DNA of 64,000 nt from Chrysemys picta bellii (GCF_011386835.1 NC_088794.1:122388001-122452000), one strand, 5' to 3'. Numbered from the stretch's first letter, positions 1-12,538 are shown. Numbers and translations are program-made. The notes: generated from the sequence alone by a model not told the origin.

Positions 1-354
1 AGCCCTTCCACAGTTGGATCCTGCCTTGCTGAGCCTGCTTGCCCACACCTGGTGCACTTCGCATGGAGGGGCAGGGCCCTGGGGTGTTTCTGGGGCAGGC
101 CCGGTCCTTGTGCTGTGTCAGGGTTGGGTGCAGCCTCACCATGGAGTCTGTCCCCTGGGTGGGAGCTGTACAGTGATCTCCCACCTCTGTGCAGCCAATG
201 GCCTGTGCTCCTCAATGCCATGCTGGAGCCTCCATATTTATTTGACAAATAAAATTTGCAGAATTTTGCAGAATTTTAAAATATTGTATGCAGAATTTTT
301 TTTTTTTTTGGTGCAGAATTTTTATTTTTTTGGTGCAGAATGCCCTCAGGAGTA
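1..354. mobile_element. Right-hand part of an interspersed DNA-transposon-like repeat, truncated by the window edge
   Basis: Ends in ...GCAGAATGCCCTCAGGAGTA after several GCAGAATTTT repeats; recognised as a turtle repeat terminus, family not assigned. Confidence 0.4.
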
Positions 355-1628
355 AACATTGGGAGCCTCGCAATACCTTGCTTATAGTAGCTCCCACCTA
401 GGCTGCTCACAAACAGCCTTCCAGCATGCAGGTCACACCATGAGTCTCTGTTCAGCTGCAGCCTGCCAGCCACACTTGGGTTTCACTCTGGTTCTTACCA
501 ACCTTAGTTATACTGCAGGGTGACCCCAACACACTCCCAGTCCTGGATTTCTCCCCCCTAAATGTATGCCTTGTACTGCACAGCCCTCTCCTGAACAGTC
601 CACATTAATTCTGTCATTCCTTTAAGGAATAATACACACAAGCTTACCACCTTAAATGGAGTTACTCAGACACTTCTACTTAAATACTGCATTAGCTTAA
701 TCAAGTTTATTAACTACAAAGAGAGCGTTTTAAGTGAGTACGAGCAATGAGGCGTAAAAGTCAGAAATGGTTACAAGAAAATAAAGATAAAAATGCTTTC
801 TGGTGCCTAGCTTAAGAGATTTAAAAATGTTATTAAAGCTAATGTTAAAATTATACAATACACAGGTTGCGAAAAGAGTGACTGTACATCTGGGTATAGT
901 GCTTGGATTATCCACAAATACAAAGTTTGTTTTTAAAAGTCATATGGTACATATAGTACAATATCAACAGTAACCCAGATTTAAGTGAATAAATTTAAGA
1001 ATACAGGTTAGATATTAGATTCAAAGCAAAATTTCTTACCACATGTTTCCAACAGCATTACTGACCAACTTCCAGGTGAGGATCCCTCCCCCAGAGTCCA
1101 ATGGCTGCTTCTTTTGTCTTCTCAGGTGTAAAGAGGGAGTTGGCCAGGGAGGGAGAGGAGGGGAGCTTTGGAGTGCTTGCCCCTCCTTTTTATAGTTTTA
1201 GTCCCTCTTTGAAAAGCATTTCCAGCTGAGAACCGAGAGACTGGGGGTCTGATGGACCAGGGACACCTCATGCTGTTTCTTTTCTAAGATGCAGCTTTCT
1301 TTGTCCTTGTCCCCCTTTCTTGCCAAAGGATGGTCACTGGATAGGGGATGGCCCATCAGCTTTGTTGACACCTGGCTGGAGTGTCTGCTTGCCCTTTGTC
1401 TTTGAGAAATTGGTTTAGCTACTCCCCAGATTTATCTGGGAAACACACTTAAGTCATGATTTCATCTTATGTTCATAACTTTACACACAATGTTGCTAGA
1501 TGCATTTTACAATGATATTACTGATCAGCAAGTTAGGAGTTTTCAAATGATACCTCACAAGGCATGCCTTGTACAAAGATTATCACAGTAGTGTGTAGGG
1601 TGTGAATACAGGGGTGCATTTCATCACA
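355..1628. mobile_element. Partial LTR (Gypsy-like solo LTR remnant)
   Basis: Ends in ...CATCACA at 1628 before unique intronic sequence; resembles turtle Gypsy LTRs; the other end was not identified in the window. Confidence 0.5.
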
Positions 1629-2019
1629 ATATGTCAGAACATAGAAGGGTTTTGATGAAGCAACTTTATGGTGCTACATCTAGTGTTGTCAGTGATGTAG
1701 ATTTTTCATTGCGAAAGAGAGAACCTTGAAAGCTTTTGATTTTGTAAGAAAATGTGCAAGTAATTACCAGTCAGTTCAAACAAGTCTGTTTGGCCATGAT
1801 TTTGCTGTTCTCTTGCTACCTCTGTGCTTCCTGTTTAATGAAGATCTTCATTCCAAGGGGTTTATAGTAAAACTGGAGAAATATTCTGATGTCTTCTTTG
1901 GGGATCTAATCTCTTTTGTGCATCTACTCTACTTTGAAAATCTTATAAAAATGTCATTGTTAATTGCAAAGTTGCTTTGAAAAATAATAACAAATTGTAT
2001 ATTTTTTCCTTCCAATTAG

Positions 2020-2134
2020 ATGAAGAGCTCCCTGATTATATTATGGTAATGGTGGCCAACAAGAAGAGTCAGGAGCAGATGACAGAGGACCTTTCTCTTT
2101 TCCTAGGAAACAACACTGTCAGGTTTACTGTATG
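2020..2134 (+). CDS. ZC3H14: ZC3H14 coding exon 3 (PWI-like N-terminal domain, DEELPDYIMVMVANKKSQEQMTEDLSLFLGNNTVRFTVW)
   Basis: ttag|ATGAAG...GTATG|gtatgt, 115 bp; peptide is the recognisable ZC3H14 N-terminus. Confidence 0.96.
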
Positions 2135-3963
2135 GTATGTTTGTGAGCTACTTTTTCCATGAACCTTACTTCTTACAATCATTTCATAACTGCTTTCTGT
2201 ATATGAGACTTGAGAATATAAGAAATTACACATAACATTTGATCAATTCATTTTTTCTTGTGCATGAAGTGATGCAATATAGTAACTGATATTTTTTAAA
2301 ATTATTACTTGTAGCTTGCCAATATTCAGGCAGTGGTAACACTGACATATATATACAGCAGTTAGAGATTGAGGTATTGGTATTCTCCTTTTATCCACTT
2401 TTCCAGCTGAACCTCAAGGTTCTGAAATGTTCAAAATAAATTAGGAGTTTATTTAGACATGGTTAGCAAAAATGAGTTTAAACATTTGAATCCCATCAAG
2501 GGAGTCACCCTCAGAAAATTATTACTGCAAAATTCTATAAGAATAGAGAACATTACAGAGTGCAGCCACAGCTGGTTATGGTAGATTTATTTGGTAAACT
2601 TCCCGTTTATTCAGATTAACACAGCTTCAGTTAGAGATGTTAATATCGTGTAGGCATTATTGTTATGCAGTGTTGTATCCGTGTTGGTCACAGGATTTTA
2701 GAGAGACAAGGTGAGTGAGGTAATATCTTATATAGGACCAACTTCTGTTGGTGAGAGAGACAAGCAACTTCTTCCACAAACTCTGCAACATTAACAACCT
2801 CCCTCAGAACACTATCCTTACCACCAGGGATGTCACTTCCCTATACGCCAATATCCCTCACAGTGATGGCATAGCTGCCTGCCTCGAAATATTTTCAAGA
2901 CAATGGACAACCCTCAGATATCTACCTCAAACACATCGAGAAACTCCTCCATTTCATCCTCACCCATGACAATTTTCCATTCAACAACACCACGCTTTGT
3001 CCAAACCATGGGAACAGCCATGGGTACCAGGATGGATTTCCAGTATGTCAACCACTTCATGTTCCTCCTTGAAGAAGAATTTCTGAGCAAATGCACCATG
3101 AAACAAGTGATATGCCTCAGATACATCAATGATAGATTTCCACCACAACATTAAAAACCACCACCTGTCCACTAAACTCTTTCTGGAACGCTCCCACGCT
3201 AGCATCAATTTCTTGGATACCACAATCAGCTTCAACAGTGGAACCCTACAGACAACCATATACAAGAAACCCATGGATCACCACATCTATCTTCATAGAT
3301 CAGGTAACCACACCAAAAAATCTGTTCTTTACAGTCAGGCACTCAGATACCACAGAATATGCTCCAAGGAGAAAGTCCAGGATATATACCTTAACACACT
3401 TCAACCACCTTCACCAAACAAGGGCACTCCACCAGAGTAGAAGATCTGGTCAACCATGGAATGGGCCACCCAGATACCCTGAGAGACTGAATACCCCTAG
3501 TTATCACCTACCAACCCACACTGGAACCCATATGAGTATCGTGAAACAACTAAAACCCATACTCGATGGGGACTTCATCCTGAAAGAAATCTTTCCAGAA
3601 CTCCCTCTTCTGACCTTCAAACAATCTCCCAGCCTCTCCAAGCTCCTCATCAAAAGCAAGCTCCCCACAGACCAAAATGCATCAACTCAAAGCAGCACCA
3701 GACCCTGCCAGAGCAACAGATGCAAAGCCTGCAGACATATCTCCACTGTTGCAATGATCAACACCCCCCACAACAAACCTTTCAAGATCCATGGGTCCTA
3801 CAAATGCCTATCACAACGTGGTGTACCTCATCCAGTGCACTAAATGCCCCAATAAAAACTATGTGGGTGAAACCAAACAATCACTACGCTCTTGAATGAA
3901 CTCTCACAGAAAAAGTGGTCACTCTATCTCAGACCTATCAGTCCTCATGCTCAAAGGAAAGTT

Positions 3964-4565
3964 ACATAAGAATGGCCGTACTAGGTCAGACCAAAGGCCC
4001 ATCGAGCCCAGTATCCTGTCTACCGACAGTGGCCAATGCCAGGTGCCCCAGAGGGAGTGGACCTAACAGGCAATGATCAAGTGATCTCTCTCCTGCCATC
4101 CATCTCCATCCTCTGACAAACAGAGGCTAGGGACGCCATTCCTTACCCATCCTGGCTAATAGCCATTAATGGACTTAACCATCATGAATTTATCCAGTTC
4201 TCTTTTAAACACTGTTATAGTCCTAGCCTTCACAACCTCCTCAGGTAAGGAGTTCCACAAGTTGACTGTGTGCTGCGTGAAGAAGAACTTCCTTGTATTT
4301 GTTTTAAACCTGCTGCCTATTAATTTCATTTGGTGACCCCTAGTTCTTGTATTATGGGAATAAGTAAATAACCTTTCCTTATCTACTTTCTCCACATCAC
4401 TCATGATTTTATATACCTCTATCATATCCCCCCCTTAGTCTCCTCTTTTCCAAGCTGAAAGTCCTAGCCTCTTTAATCTCTCCTCATATGGGACCCGTTC
4501 CAAACCCCTAATCATTTTAGTTGCCCTTTTCTGAACCTTTTCTAGTGCCAGTATATCTTTTTTGA
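3964..4565 (-). mobile_element. CR1 LINE 3' fragment nested in the Penelope-like element
   Basis: ORF 4156-4425(-) is a CR1 ORF2 C-terminus (DMIEVYKIM...RTRGHQMKL...WNSLPEEVV); GAAAGTT duplicated at 3957-3963 and 4566-4572. Confidence 0.92.
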
Positions 4566-4883
4566 GAAAGTTGCACAATGCTTTCAAAAGATGACCCAGG
4601 GAGCTTAAATTCATGATTTAGCTAAACACTAAAAATCATGGACTGAACAGACACTGGATTTATGCCTTATTACAATAATCTGTAACCAACGACCTTCCCC
4701 CAGCTGCCTCCCCCTCTCCCTTCCTCTTCCCTTTATGACTGGAAGGGTGTTAATGGGTCACTTCACCTTGAATGGTCCCTTGAAATATGTGTTAACTACT
4801 TATGCTAAACAATCTGTTCCACTTTGTATTTAGTTATGACACTCTGAGTACCTTTCCCAGACCGGAAGAAGAGCTCTGTGTAA

Positions 4884-5179
4884 GGCTATGTCTGCACTGT
4901 AGCACATGTCAGCATAACTTATGTTGCTCAGGGATGTGAAAGAATCACCCCCTTGAGTGACATAAGTTACACTGACATAAGTGCCGTAGTGGACAGTGCT
5001 ATGTCGGCGGGAGAGCTTCTCCCACCGACATAGCTACTGCTGCGAACAGAGATGGTTTTGTTATGCTGACGGGAGAGCTTTCTCCTGTCGGCATAGAGCA
5101 TCTTCGCCAGACGTGCTGCAGCAGTGCAGCTGTATCAGTACAGCTGTGCCGCTGCAGCCCTGTACGTATAGACATGGCC
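4884..5179. mobile_element. PIF/Harbinger MITE nested in the Penelope terminal repeat
   Basis: TIRs GGCTATGTCTGCAC / GTATAGACATGGCC; TAA on both sides (4881-4883, 5180-5182). Confidence 0.9.
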
Positions 5180-5622
5180 TAAGTTCATAAGCCTGCCTCT
5201 CTCATCAACAGAAGTTGGTCCACTAAAAGGTATTACTTCACCCACCTTGTCTCTCTAGGCATTATAGGAACATAGGAATTGCCATATCAGGGCAGATGAT
5301 TGGTCCATCTACTTCTGTATTCTCTCTTTGGCAACAGCTGTAGATGGTTCAAAGAAAGGTGTGGAAAGCCCCTAAATTAACACAACACCCCTTTAAATAT
5401 TATCAAACTTTAAAACCATTCAAGACCTAAATTTAATGAAAGGTGAAGACAGTAAGCCCCCCTAGTGTTACATTAGATAGGAGAAAAGTTATGAGGGATT
5501 CATACTGTCGTGTTTCAGGGTATAAAGTATCCACAGCTGCTAGGACTTTGGAAGAAATTTCCCTGATGGGAAAGTTTTTTCATAATTGTTCATCATGAGG
5601 TTTTGGAGTCATGGGGGGAGGC

Positions 5623-5753
5623 TACCACTTCGCAGGGAGGTGGATTACCTACATCAACAGGAGAATCCGTCCTGTCAGCATACGCAGTGTCTGCACTGAA
5701 GCACTGCAGTGGTGCCGCTGTGCTGCTATAGCATTTTAAGTGTAGTCAAGCCC
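5623..5753. mobile_element. Partial Harbinger MITE (right end)
   Basis: Similar to the right half of the 15366-15630 MITE; ends GTGTAGTCAAGCCC. Confidence 0.55.
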
Positions 5754-5852
5754 TGAATGTGAAAGTTGATCCATGATGATCACATCAGCCGGGCTCAGCT
5801 GACGCTGGTTTGGGAGTGTTCTAGTGAGAATTCACGGAAGAGGATCACAAAG

Positions 5853-6845
5853 GCATTTCCAGCTGAGAACCGAGAGACTGGGGGTCTGATGGACCAGGGA
5901 CACCTCATGCTGTTTCTTTTCTAAGATGCAGCTTTCTTTGTCCTTGTCCTCCTTTCTTGCCAAAGGATGGTCACTGGACAGGGGATGGCCCATCAGCTTT
6001 GTTGACACCTGGCTGGAGTGTCTGCTTGCCTTTGTCTTTGAGAAATTGGTTTAGCTACTCCCCAGATTTATCTGGGAAACACACTTAAGTCATGATTTCA
6101 TCTTATGTTCATAGCTTTACACACAATATTGCTAGATGCATTTTACAATGATATTACTGATCAGCAAGTTAGGAGTTTTCAAATGATACATCTCTGCCCC
6201 GTTATAACGTGATCTGATATAACATGGGTTTGCTTATAGCGTGGTAGCAGCGGGGCTCGGGCAGCGCTCTAAAGGGTCCAGGGCTCTGGCTGCTGTGGGG
6301 AGCCCCGGGCCCTTTAAATCACCGCCAGAGCCCTGCTGCTGCTACTCTGGGGCTGTGGCAGCGGGGCTCGGGCAGCGCTTTAAAGGGTCCGGGGCTCTGG
6401 CTGCTGTGGGGAGCCCCGGGCCCTTTAAATCACTGCTGGAGCCCTGCTGCCCCACCCTGGGGCTGCGGCAGTGTGGCTCCGCCGGCGATTTAAAGGGCCC
6501 GGGATCCCCGCAGCAGCCGGAGCCCAGAGCTCTTTAAATCACCGCTGGAGACCTGCCGCCCCACCCCGATATAATGGGGTTTCAGCTATAACGCGGTAGG
6601 GATTTTTGGCTCTCCACGACCGCATTATATCGGGATAGAGGTGTACCTCACAAGGCATGCCTTGTACAAAGATTATCACAGTAGTGTGTAGGGTGTGAAT
6701 ACAGGGGTGCATTTCATCACAATATGTCAGAACATAGAAGGGTTTTGATGAAGCAACTTTATGGTGTTACATCTAGTGTTGTCAGTGATGCAGATTTTTC
6801 ATTGCAAAAGAGAGAACCTTGAAAGCTTTTGATTTTGCAAGAAAA
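5853..6845 (+). repeat. Direct local duplicate of 1216-1752, interrupted by a MITE
   Basis: Manual alignment: about 8 substitutions and 1 indel over ~537 bp; includes 124 bp of non-LTR flank (1629-1752 = 6722-6845). Confidence 0.95.
6189..6643. mobile_element. Tc1/mariner (Tigger-like) MITE with internal ~115-bp tandem repeats
   Basis: TIRs CATCTCTGCCCCGTTATAA / TTATATCGGGATAGAGGTG; TA TSD at 6187-6188 and 6644-6645; the empty site is seen in the paralogous copy at ~1547-1560. Confidence 0.93.
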
Positions 6846-7421
6846 GATCCTTTACTCAATCTTTCAATGGAATTTGGGCACATAACTCTCTTAGGCTCCT
6901 AAATTATGAAGATGTCTGGTTGCAACCGAGTAGGTCGGGTTGAATTCTAAAATGGGCTAAAAATGGGGCATGCATTTCTGTTTTTCTCTGAAGGCAGGTG
7001 TTCAGTCAGTTTGAAATTTTACACAGGATTGTTTTATTCCCTTGTAGTTTTCTTTGTTGGTTTTACTTGATACATTTTTAATAGGAAGCCTTTGAATTTG
7101 GGCTCTAGCTGAAATTTTTCCTTGGCAGTGTTTCTTGACTGCTCTCTCTTTAAAAACATTGTGTCCATATGCAACATTTGCTAGGGAAGTGGATCTTGCA
7201 TCGATCAGGTGCAGAGTGTTTTATCTGTGTGTACAAAACTGATTGATGGAGTCTGGGAGTGTGCAGATCTTAATTGATTGATTCTGGGGTTGGATGTACA
7301 AAGGGCTGATTGTTTAAGTGGAAAGCAGGCTCACTCAAATGACACGAAAAATAAAACTTATAAACCTTGCTGATTTTTGAATGGCTACTGTTCTGAAAGA
7401 ACTTCTCTCTCTTTTTTTCAG

Positions 7422-7462
7422 GCTACATGGTGTGTTAGATAAACTACGGTCAGTAACTACTG
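7422..7462 (+). CDS. ZC3H14: ZC3H14 exon 4 (LHGVLDKLRSVTT)
   Basis: ttcag|G...ACTG|gtaagt, 41 bp, phase compatible. Confidence 0.95.
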
Positions 7463-7847
7463 GTAAGTAAAGTTTGTCCAAGAAAGCAATAGCTTAGCTT
7501 TGGAAGCAGATCTCAGTACAGTATTTTCTTACACTCGTATATATATTTTGCCAGTTTTTTAAAATTGTCTTAATTGTCTGTATCATTAATATTTAATGTA
7601 TATGATGTCTGTGGCTTCTGGCTATTAAGAAAATTGTCATGTATGTTGCTTTTTGGATGAAGTAAATATGACCTTTTTAAGCAGGTCTTGCTGCTTTTTA
7701 AGTCCAGTGGGTTTGCTTCTGAGGATTTCTGTAGAGGCCAATTGTTCATTAGCTTGTGGCTTTAAGGCTGCACTTGCTGTATAATTGATTTACATAAGCA
7801 AAGTCACTGAACTTTGATGTAAGGGTGAAGTGCACGTGTCTTCACAG

Positions 7848-8043
7848 AACCTACTAGCCTAAAGTCTTCAGACTCAAACATCTTTGAGAGCAACTTGCCT
7901 TCAAGCAAAAGCAGTTCATGTGGGAGTGATGAGAGACGGCGTGAGGAAATCTTACCACCTCTTGCAGTCTCCAGCACTCGGGCTGAAAGAAATGATTCAA
8001 GAGTTTCAACCAGCTCACAGGAGCAGAGAGCCGCTGCTGCCCG
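7848..8043 (+). CDS. ZC3H14: ZC3H14 exon 5 (EPTSLKSSDSNIFES...DSRVSTSSQEQRAAAAR)
   Basis: cacag|AA...CCCG|gtaagg, 196 bp, open in the correct phase. Confidence 0.93.
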
Positions 8044-8441
8044 GTAAGGCTTCTACCTGCTTATTGGCAAGAGCTCAGATTTCAGGGGATACATCACTGG
8101 AATTGTTGTTTGGAAGAGCAGTAGGGATTAACTAGCTGACGAGACCAGAACAGGAGAATGGAGGCTTTTCCAGTCTCAAGCAGAAAAGGGTTGCCTACTG
8201 TGTGTTGCATAAAATAAATTATACCTGGAAAGTTTACTTCATGCTTCTTTATGCAATACATGTTCTTATCTTAACTAACTAAACTAAAACTAAAAGTAGA
8301 TGTCAAGTCTGCCAGATTTTTTAAAAGAGCAAAATCTTGTTTTTTATTTCTGCTTATATTTAAAGCGTTCTTCTAAATTTTGTTTTTCAGGGATTCTTAT
8401 CTGGCAGTTAGTTAAGACATTGTAACCTCTTCTTTCTCCAG

Positions 8442-8865
8442 GCAGTCTTATGAAGATGGATCTGCATCCCGCTTAATGTCAACGGTCAAGCCTCTAAGAG
8501 AGTTGTCGCCTTCTGAAGCTGTGATTGACATTAAACCTGAACCAGATGATCTCATTGATGAAGACCTAAATTTTGTGCAGGAGAATCCATTGTTGTCTCG
8601 GAAGAAAGCTGTTGTAACTGTAACTTATGGATCTTCCCGTCCTACTGCTGAAATCTACAGACCACCAGCTAGCAGAAGCACGGACAGCCATATACACTTA
8701 CAAAGATTGCCGCAGCAAGGCAGTCTACAGGGTGGTAGGCAGTTGGACATGGAAAGCTGCAGGTCTTTGGAAACAATCCCACTATGTGATCCAGAAGCAT
8801 TTGGCAGCTTAGCAGAGAGTTACAGGCCCACCTCCAAACTGAGTGCTGATAAAATAAGCAGTGAG
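8442..8865 (+). CDS. ZC3H14: ZC3H14 exon 6 (QSYEDGSASRLMSTVKPLRE...KISSE)
   Basis: tccag|G...GAG|gttagt, 424 bp; matches ORF 8476-8883. Confidence 0.95.
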
Positions 8866-9629
8866 GTTAGTATGCAGATCTAAACTATGTCTGTATTTGA
8901 CACACACTCAACAAAGCCAAGTCACCTTGGATGACACCTAGGAGGGCATCCTGGCCCCAGTGAAGTCAATGGGAGTGTTGATGTAAGTTGGGCCAGGATT
9001 TCACCACTTTGGTCTGCTGGCCAAAAACCAGTGTGCTTCAAAAAAAAAAAAAAAAAAGCCCTCACAAATTGTTGACTAACTTGGTGATGTGGCATCTGTT
9101 TGGTGCTTTACTGACTTGGAGTAATGAATTAGAACATTGTTGGCAGTGAGCATATGGTAGGTAAGAATAATCATTTTAATCTCTAGATTTTTTGGAATAG
9201 CTGTGTTCGTGCATAAGTTCTTTGTAGATCTCCAGTTTGCCAGGTGTGGAATAAAGACCAGCACTGAAGATCAAAGAAGGAAATATATCCATCTACCTAT
9301 TTGTGTATGTATCTCTATGTATTTTTAGTGTGCCAAACAACTTTGTATTTAGGGTGCATGAATCTTAGTCTCAAAAGTCATGGCTATTACATCACTTGCT
9401 GTAGATGTCAAAACGATCCTGTCAGCAGTAAGCTAATAATTCTAGGAATGTCATATTAATTTATTTAGGAGCATTGTGTGTAAAAGAAAAGGAATAAATG
9501 GATAGTTGACTTTCAAATTGTTAGGACTGCTAACTTCTTAATAAAGTAAAAAAATTATTTGCCTTCTATTCTAAGTGGAACTGTTTTTTGTTTTTTATTG
9601 TTTTGTGACTATAATAATTTGTTGTGCTT

Positions 9630-9760
9630 ATATAATGCTTTTCATCCAAAATGCTTTATAAATGCAGGTAAACATCATCCTCCCATTTTATAGACAGGGT
9701 ATCTGGGTCTTGAGAAGTGATGTTTCTTGCCCAGTGTCTCTCATGAGTTAGCAGCAGACC
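9630..9760 (-). mobile_element. Degenerate MIR/CORE-SINE
   Basis: CATCCTCCCATTTTATAGACAGGG...TTGCCCAGTGTC resembles the reverse MIR core. Confidence 0.45.
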
Positions 9761-10338
9761 AGTCACTTCCCTTCCTGGGGTATATTAGACACGCCCCTTT
9801 GAGCTGTTACTTTCTCAATTTAAAAAAAATTAATATTACAATCCTGTATTTAAAAAAAATAGAGGGATATTTATGGAGAGAGCCCTAGAATTTGGAGTTT
9901 TATCATCTTCAGCCTTGCCTTAGACTAGTTTTTGTGTCTTGAAAGGTTTTTCTTTCTTCACCAAAGATGTTGATTTCTGTCACTAAAATCATTTGGCGCA
10001 TCAGTCTGGCTAGTGAACACACTCTGTATTTATCCAAAGATAGTGCTGCTGCATAGGGGAAATAGGAAAGTATAAGCAGTATAAATGATACTCTTGGCAG
10101 CAGAGTTCTGTCTAGGTATTCCTTGGAGGGGATTGTGAGTCACATCCCAAACCTCATTCTTTCTATAGCACTTTTTTTTTCTGCACACAGTGCAATACAT
10201 CCAGGATTTTAAGCGTGTCTCAGTGTCCTAGATTAGTGTTAAAGTGAAAGCTCTCCATCATCTGTATATTGGTGGAATAACAGGGTCTTGTTTGTTTGCA
10301 TATTAATGTGGATCTGATTAATGAATTGTTGGTTGCAG

Positions 10339-10499
10339 GAAGAAAGCTCCAGGAAGAGAAAATTGCCAGTTATAAGCTCAGTGGTCAAAGTGAAAAAGTT
10401 CAGTAATGATGGGGAGGAGGAGGAGGAGGAGGAAGACTATGGGTTACGAATAGGAAGTATCTCCAGCAGTGTGTCTGTACCAGCAAAGCCTGAAAGAAG
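10339..10499 (+). CDS. ZC3H14: ZC3H14 exon 7 (EESSRKRKLPVISSVVKVKK...PAKPER; basic NLS-like RKRK)
   Basis: tgcag|GAA...AGAAG|gtactt, 161 bp. Confidence 0.96.
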
Positions 10500-10838
10500 G
10501 TACTTGAAGATTTCTATGATCTAGTACTGGTTTTTAATATGAATCTAATAAAGGGGAGTATGGAAAAGGAATGAGGTGATGGATAAATCAAGGTTACCTA
10601 AAGGTTTAGTATAGTATGTGAGCTAACTGGTTTAAAACATTAGAATTGAAGAATATCTTATAAAAAGATTTAGTTAGTTAAAGTGTATTTTCAGATTGTC
10701 TTCTAGCAACACTGTACTTAAATATGCAGTGTTTCAACATTTTGTTGAAAGTGAAACATCACAGTACTGGAACATTTACAATGGCTATTGGAATTCATAT
10801 ATCTTCAGGAAAAATTAATTTCTCTCTCTCTCTCTTAG

Positions 10839-10939
10839 ACCTTCACTACCACCCTCCAAACAGGCCAATAAGAATTTAATACTGAAAGCTATATCTGAAG
10901 CTCAGGAATCGGTTACAAAGACAACCAACTATTCCACAG
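10839..10939 (+). CDS. ZC3H14: ZC3H14 exon 8 (RPSLPPSKQANKNLILKAISEAQESVTKTTNYST)
   Basis: cttag|A...ACAG|gtaatt, 101 bp. Confidence 0.96.
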
Positions 10940-11614
10940 GTAATTCATGCTATTTTTATGCTTGGCAAAGCTATGTTATTTCTAAGTCCTTTCAAGGGAG
11001 TTGCTTACATAGCTGCTGATAGGTAGATCTGAAGGTTGATCTGGAGTGTTGAAGAGTTCTTTACATCCAGCTCACGGTCAAAACCAAAGCAAGGAAGTCA
11101 AACTGCCATCCTGATGTCATCAAATTCCACATGCTGCTGCTGTCACGTTCTACACTATTTCCAAGGATCCTTGGGTAGGATTCTTCAGCATCCTGGCTAT
11201 CACAGGTTGATTCAAACGTATCCGTAGCATAGTCATACTGACAGAAGGCAGGAAGAGCAATGGCTTTGAAAGTCACTAGAAAGTCCAATTTGCATTTGCC
11301 GTCCCTTTAACTACAACACTCTTCTGGCCCTGAAAGCTGGGTGAGTGAATGCTGTTGCTAGTGTCAATCTTAGTTCCACTGTAGGCCAGCTGTGGCTCTG
11401 CACCGGCTGTTTGTGTGAGGGATCAGAAGTTGATCTTACAAAGCAGGCGTCCTAAGATTGCAGCACGTGGAACTGCCACTAGGCCAGTCTCTGGACTGCG
11501 TTTAAAGTTATACACTTAGATTGTTGAGAATGAAATTATTTTGGAATTAAATGCAAACGTAGTACCACTATGTGTGTTTTTTTTAACATGCTCAACTGTT
11601 TGACTTATATAAAG

Positions 11615-11770
11615 TTCCACAGAAGCAGACAGTTCCAGTTGCACCCAGAACAAGAATTGCCCAGGATGAAACGCTATTAGAAGTGATCCATGTACAGAGC
11701 CGACCTTCCAGAGTGAGCGCCCAGATTGAGGCAGAAGAACCCAAGGAACAGACATTAGAAAGAATTCAAG
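11615..11770 (+). CDS. ZC3H14: ZC3H14 exon 9 (VPQKQTVPVAPRTR...LERIQ)
   Basis: ataaag|TT...CAAG|gtaatt, 156 bp; weak AAG acceptor but peptide and phase fit. Confidence 0.9.
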
Positions 11771-12538
11771 GTAATTCTGATAATACTTTTCAAAAACCCA
11801 TAAGTGGGAAAGTTACTTTACTTAAACATGGAAGCCTGTTCCAGGCTGATTATCAAGTTGTTGGTCACGTGCATTATGGTAGCATATAAAACTGAAATTT
11901 CACCAAAAGTGCACCAGAAAAAAACAAAGTATGCACTGGAGAAGCAGATTTGAGCACCTTCTAGTGGTGCCGCAGCTTGTTAGTTGCTTCTGTAGCTGTT
12001 GGACTCTCTTAGAAGCCAAGAATCAAAACCATAAAGGGCTTTATAGATCAAAACCAGCCCCTTGTGTTATACCTGGAAATGAGCTGAAAGCCATTGAGGT
12101 TTCTGGAGCAAAAGTGTAATATGTAATAATCGCTTCTGATGAGCCAAGCAGGAAGCAAAGATTTGTATATCCTTCTGGTTTATAGTGAATAATTTCACAT
12201 AATGGAGCTGCCACCAATCAGGATACACTTATTTGCATATGTATTATGTTTGGTTACTATTTCCCCATCCTTAGTATTTTTGACTGTACTCTTCACAGGA
12301 GGGAAGGCTTAATCAGTATCTTATGAAAGAGAGAGAGTTACAGTATTGGAGATATAGAGTCAAGGTGCAGTGTGCTTTGAGATATTACAAAATATTTTCA
12401 GCGTTACTGTTATCAGATGAGTTGTCTTCAAAAGTTTTTACCACTTTATAGGTTTTAAAACGTACTGTAGTCAAGGGTTGTGGGAAGACTGGTAAGACAG
12501 TGGTTACTTAAAATATCAAGCTCTGTCTTCACCTTTGT

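Larger units (their letters stand above)
2661..5255 (+). mobile_element. 5'-truncated Penelope-like retroelement (degenerate RT and GIY-YIG endonuclease) with inverted 5' terminal repeat and 10-bp TSD
   Basis: Frameshifted peptides DVTSLYANIPHSDG, GTAMGTRM, LRYINDRF, SINFLDTTI, YSQALRYHRIC, C..CRH and YVGET; 2701-2766 is an inverted copy of ~5190-5255; TAGGCATTAT at 2651-2660 and 5256-5265. Confidence 0.9.

Noticed and set aside
5767-5847. C/D-box snoRNA-like pattern (TGATCC-ATGATGA...GGATCA)
   Set aside because: No CTGA D box next to the 3' stem.
6241-6560. Regularly spaced repeats that might suggest a CRISPR-like array
   Set aside because: Eukaryotic intron; the units are degenerate contiguous tandem repeats without unique spacers, inside a TA-flanked MITE.
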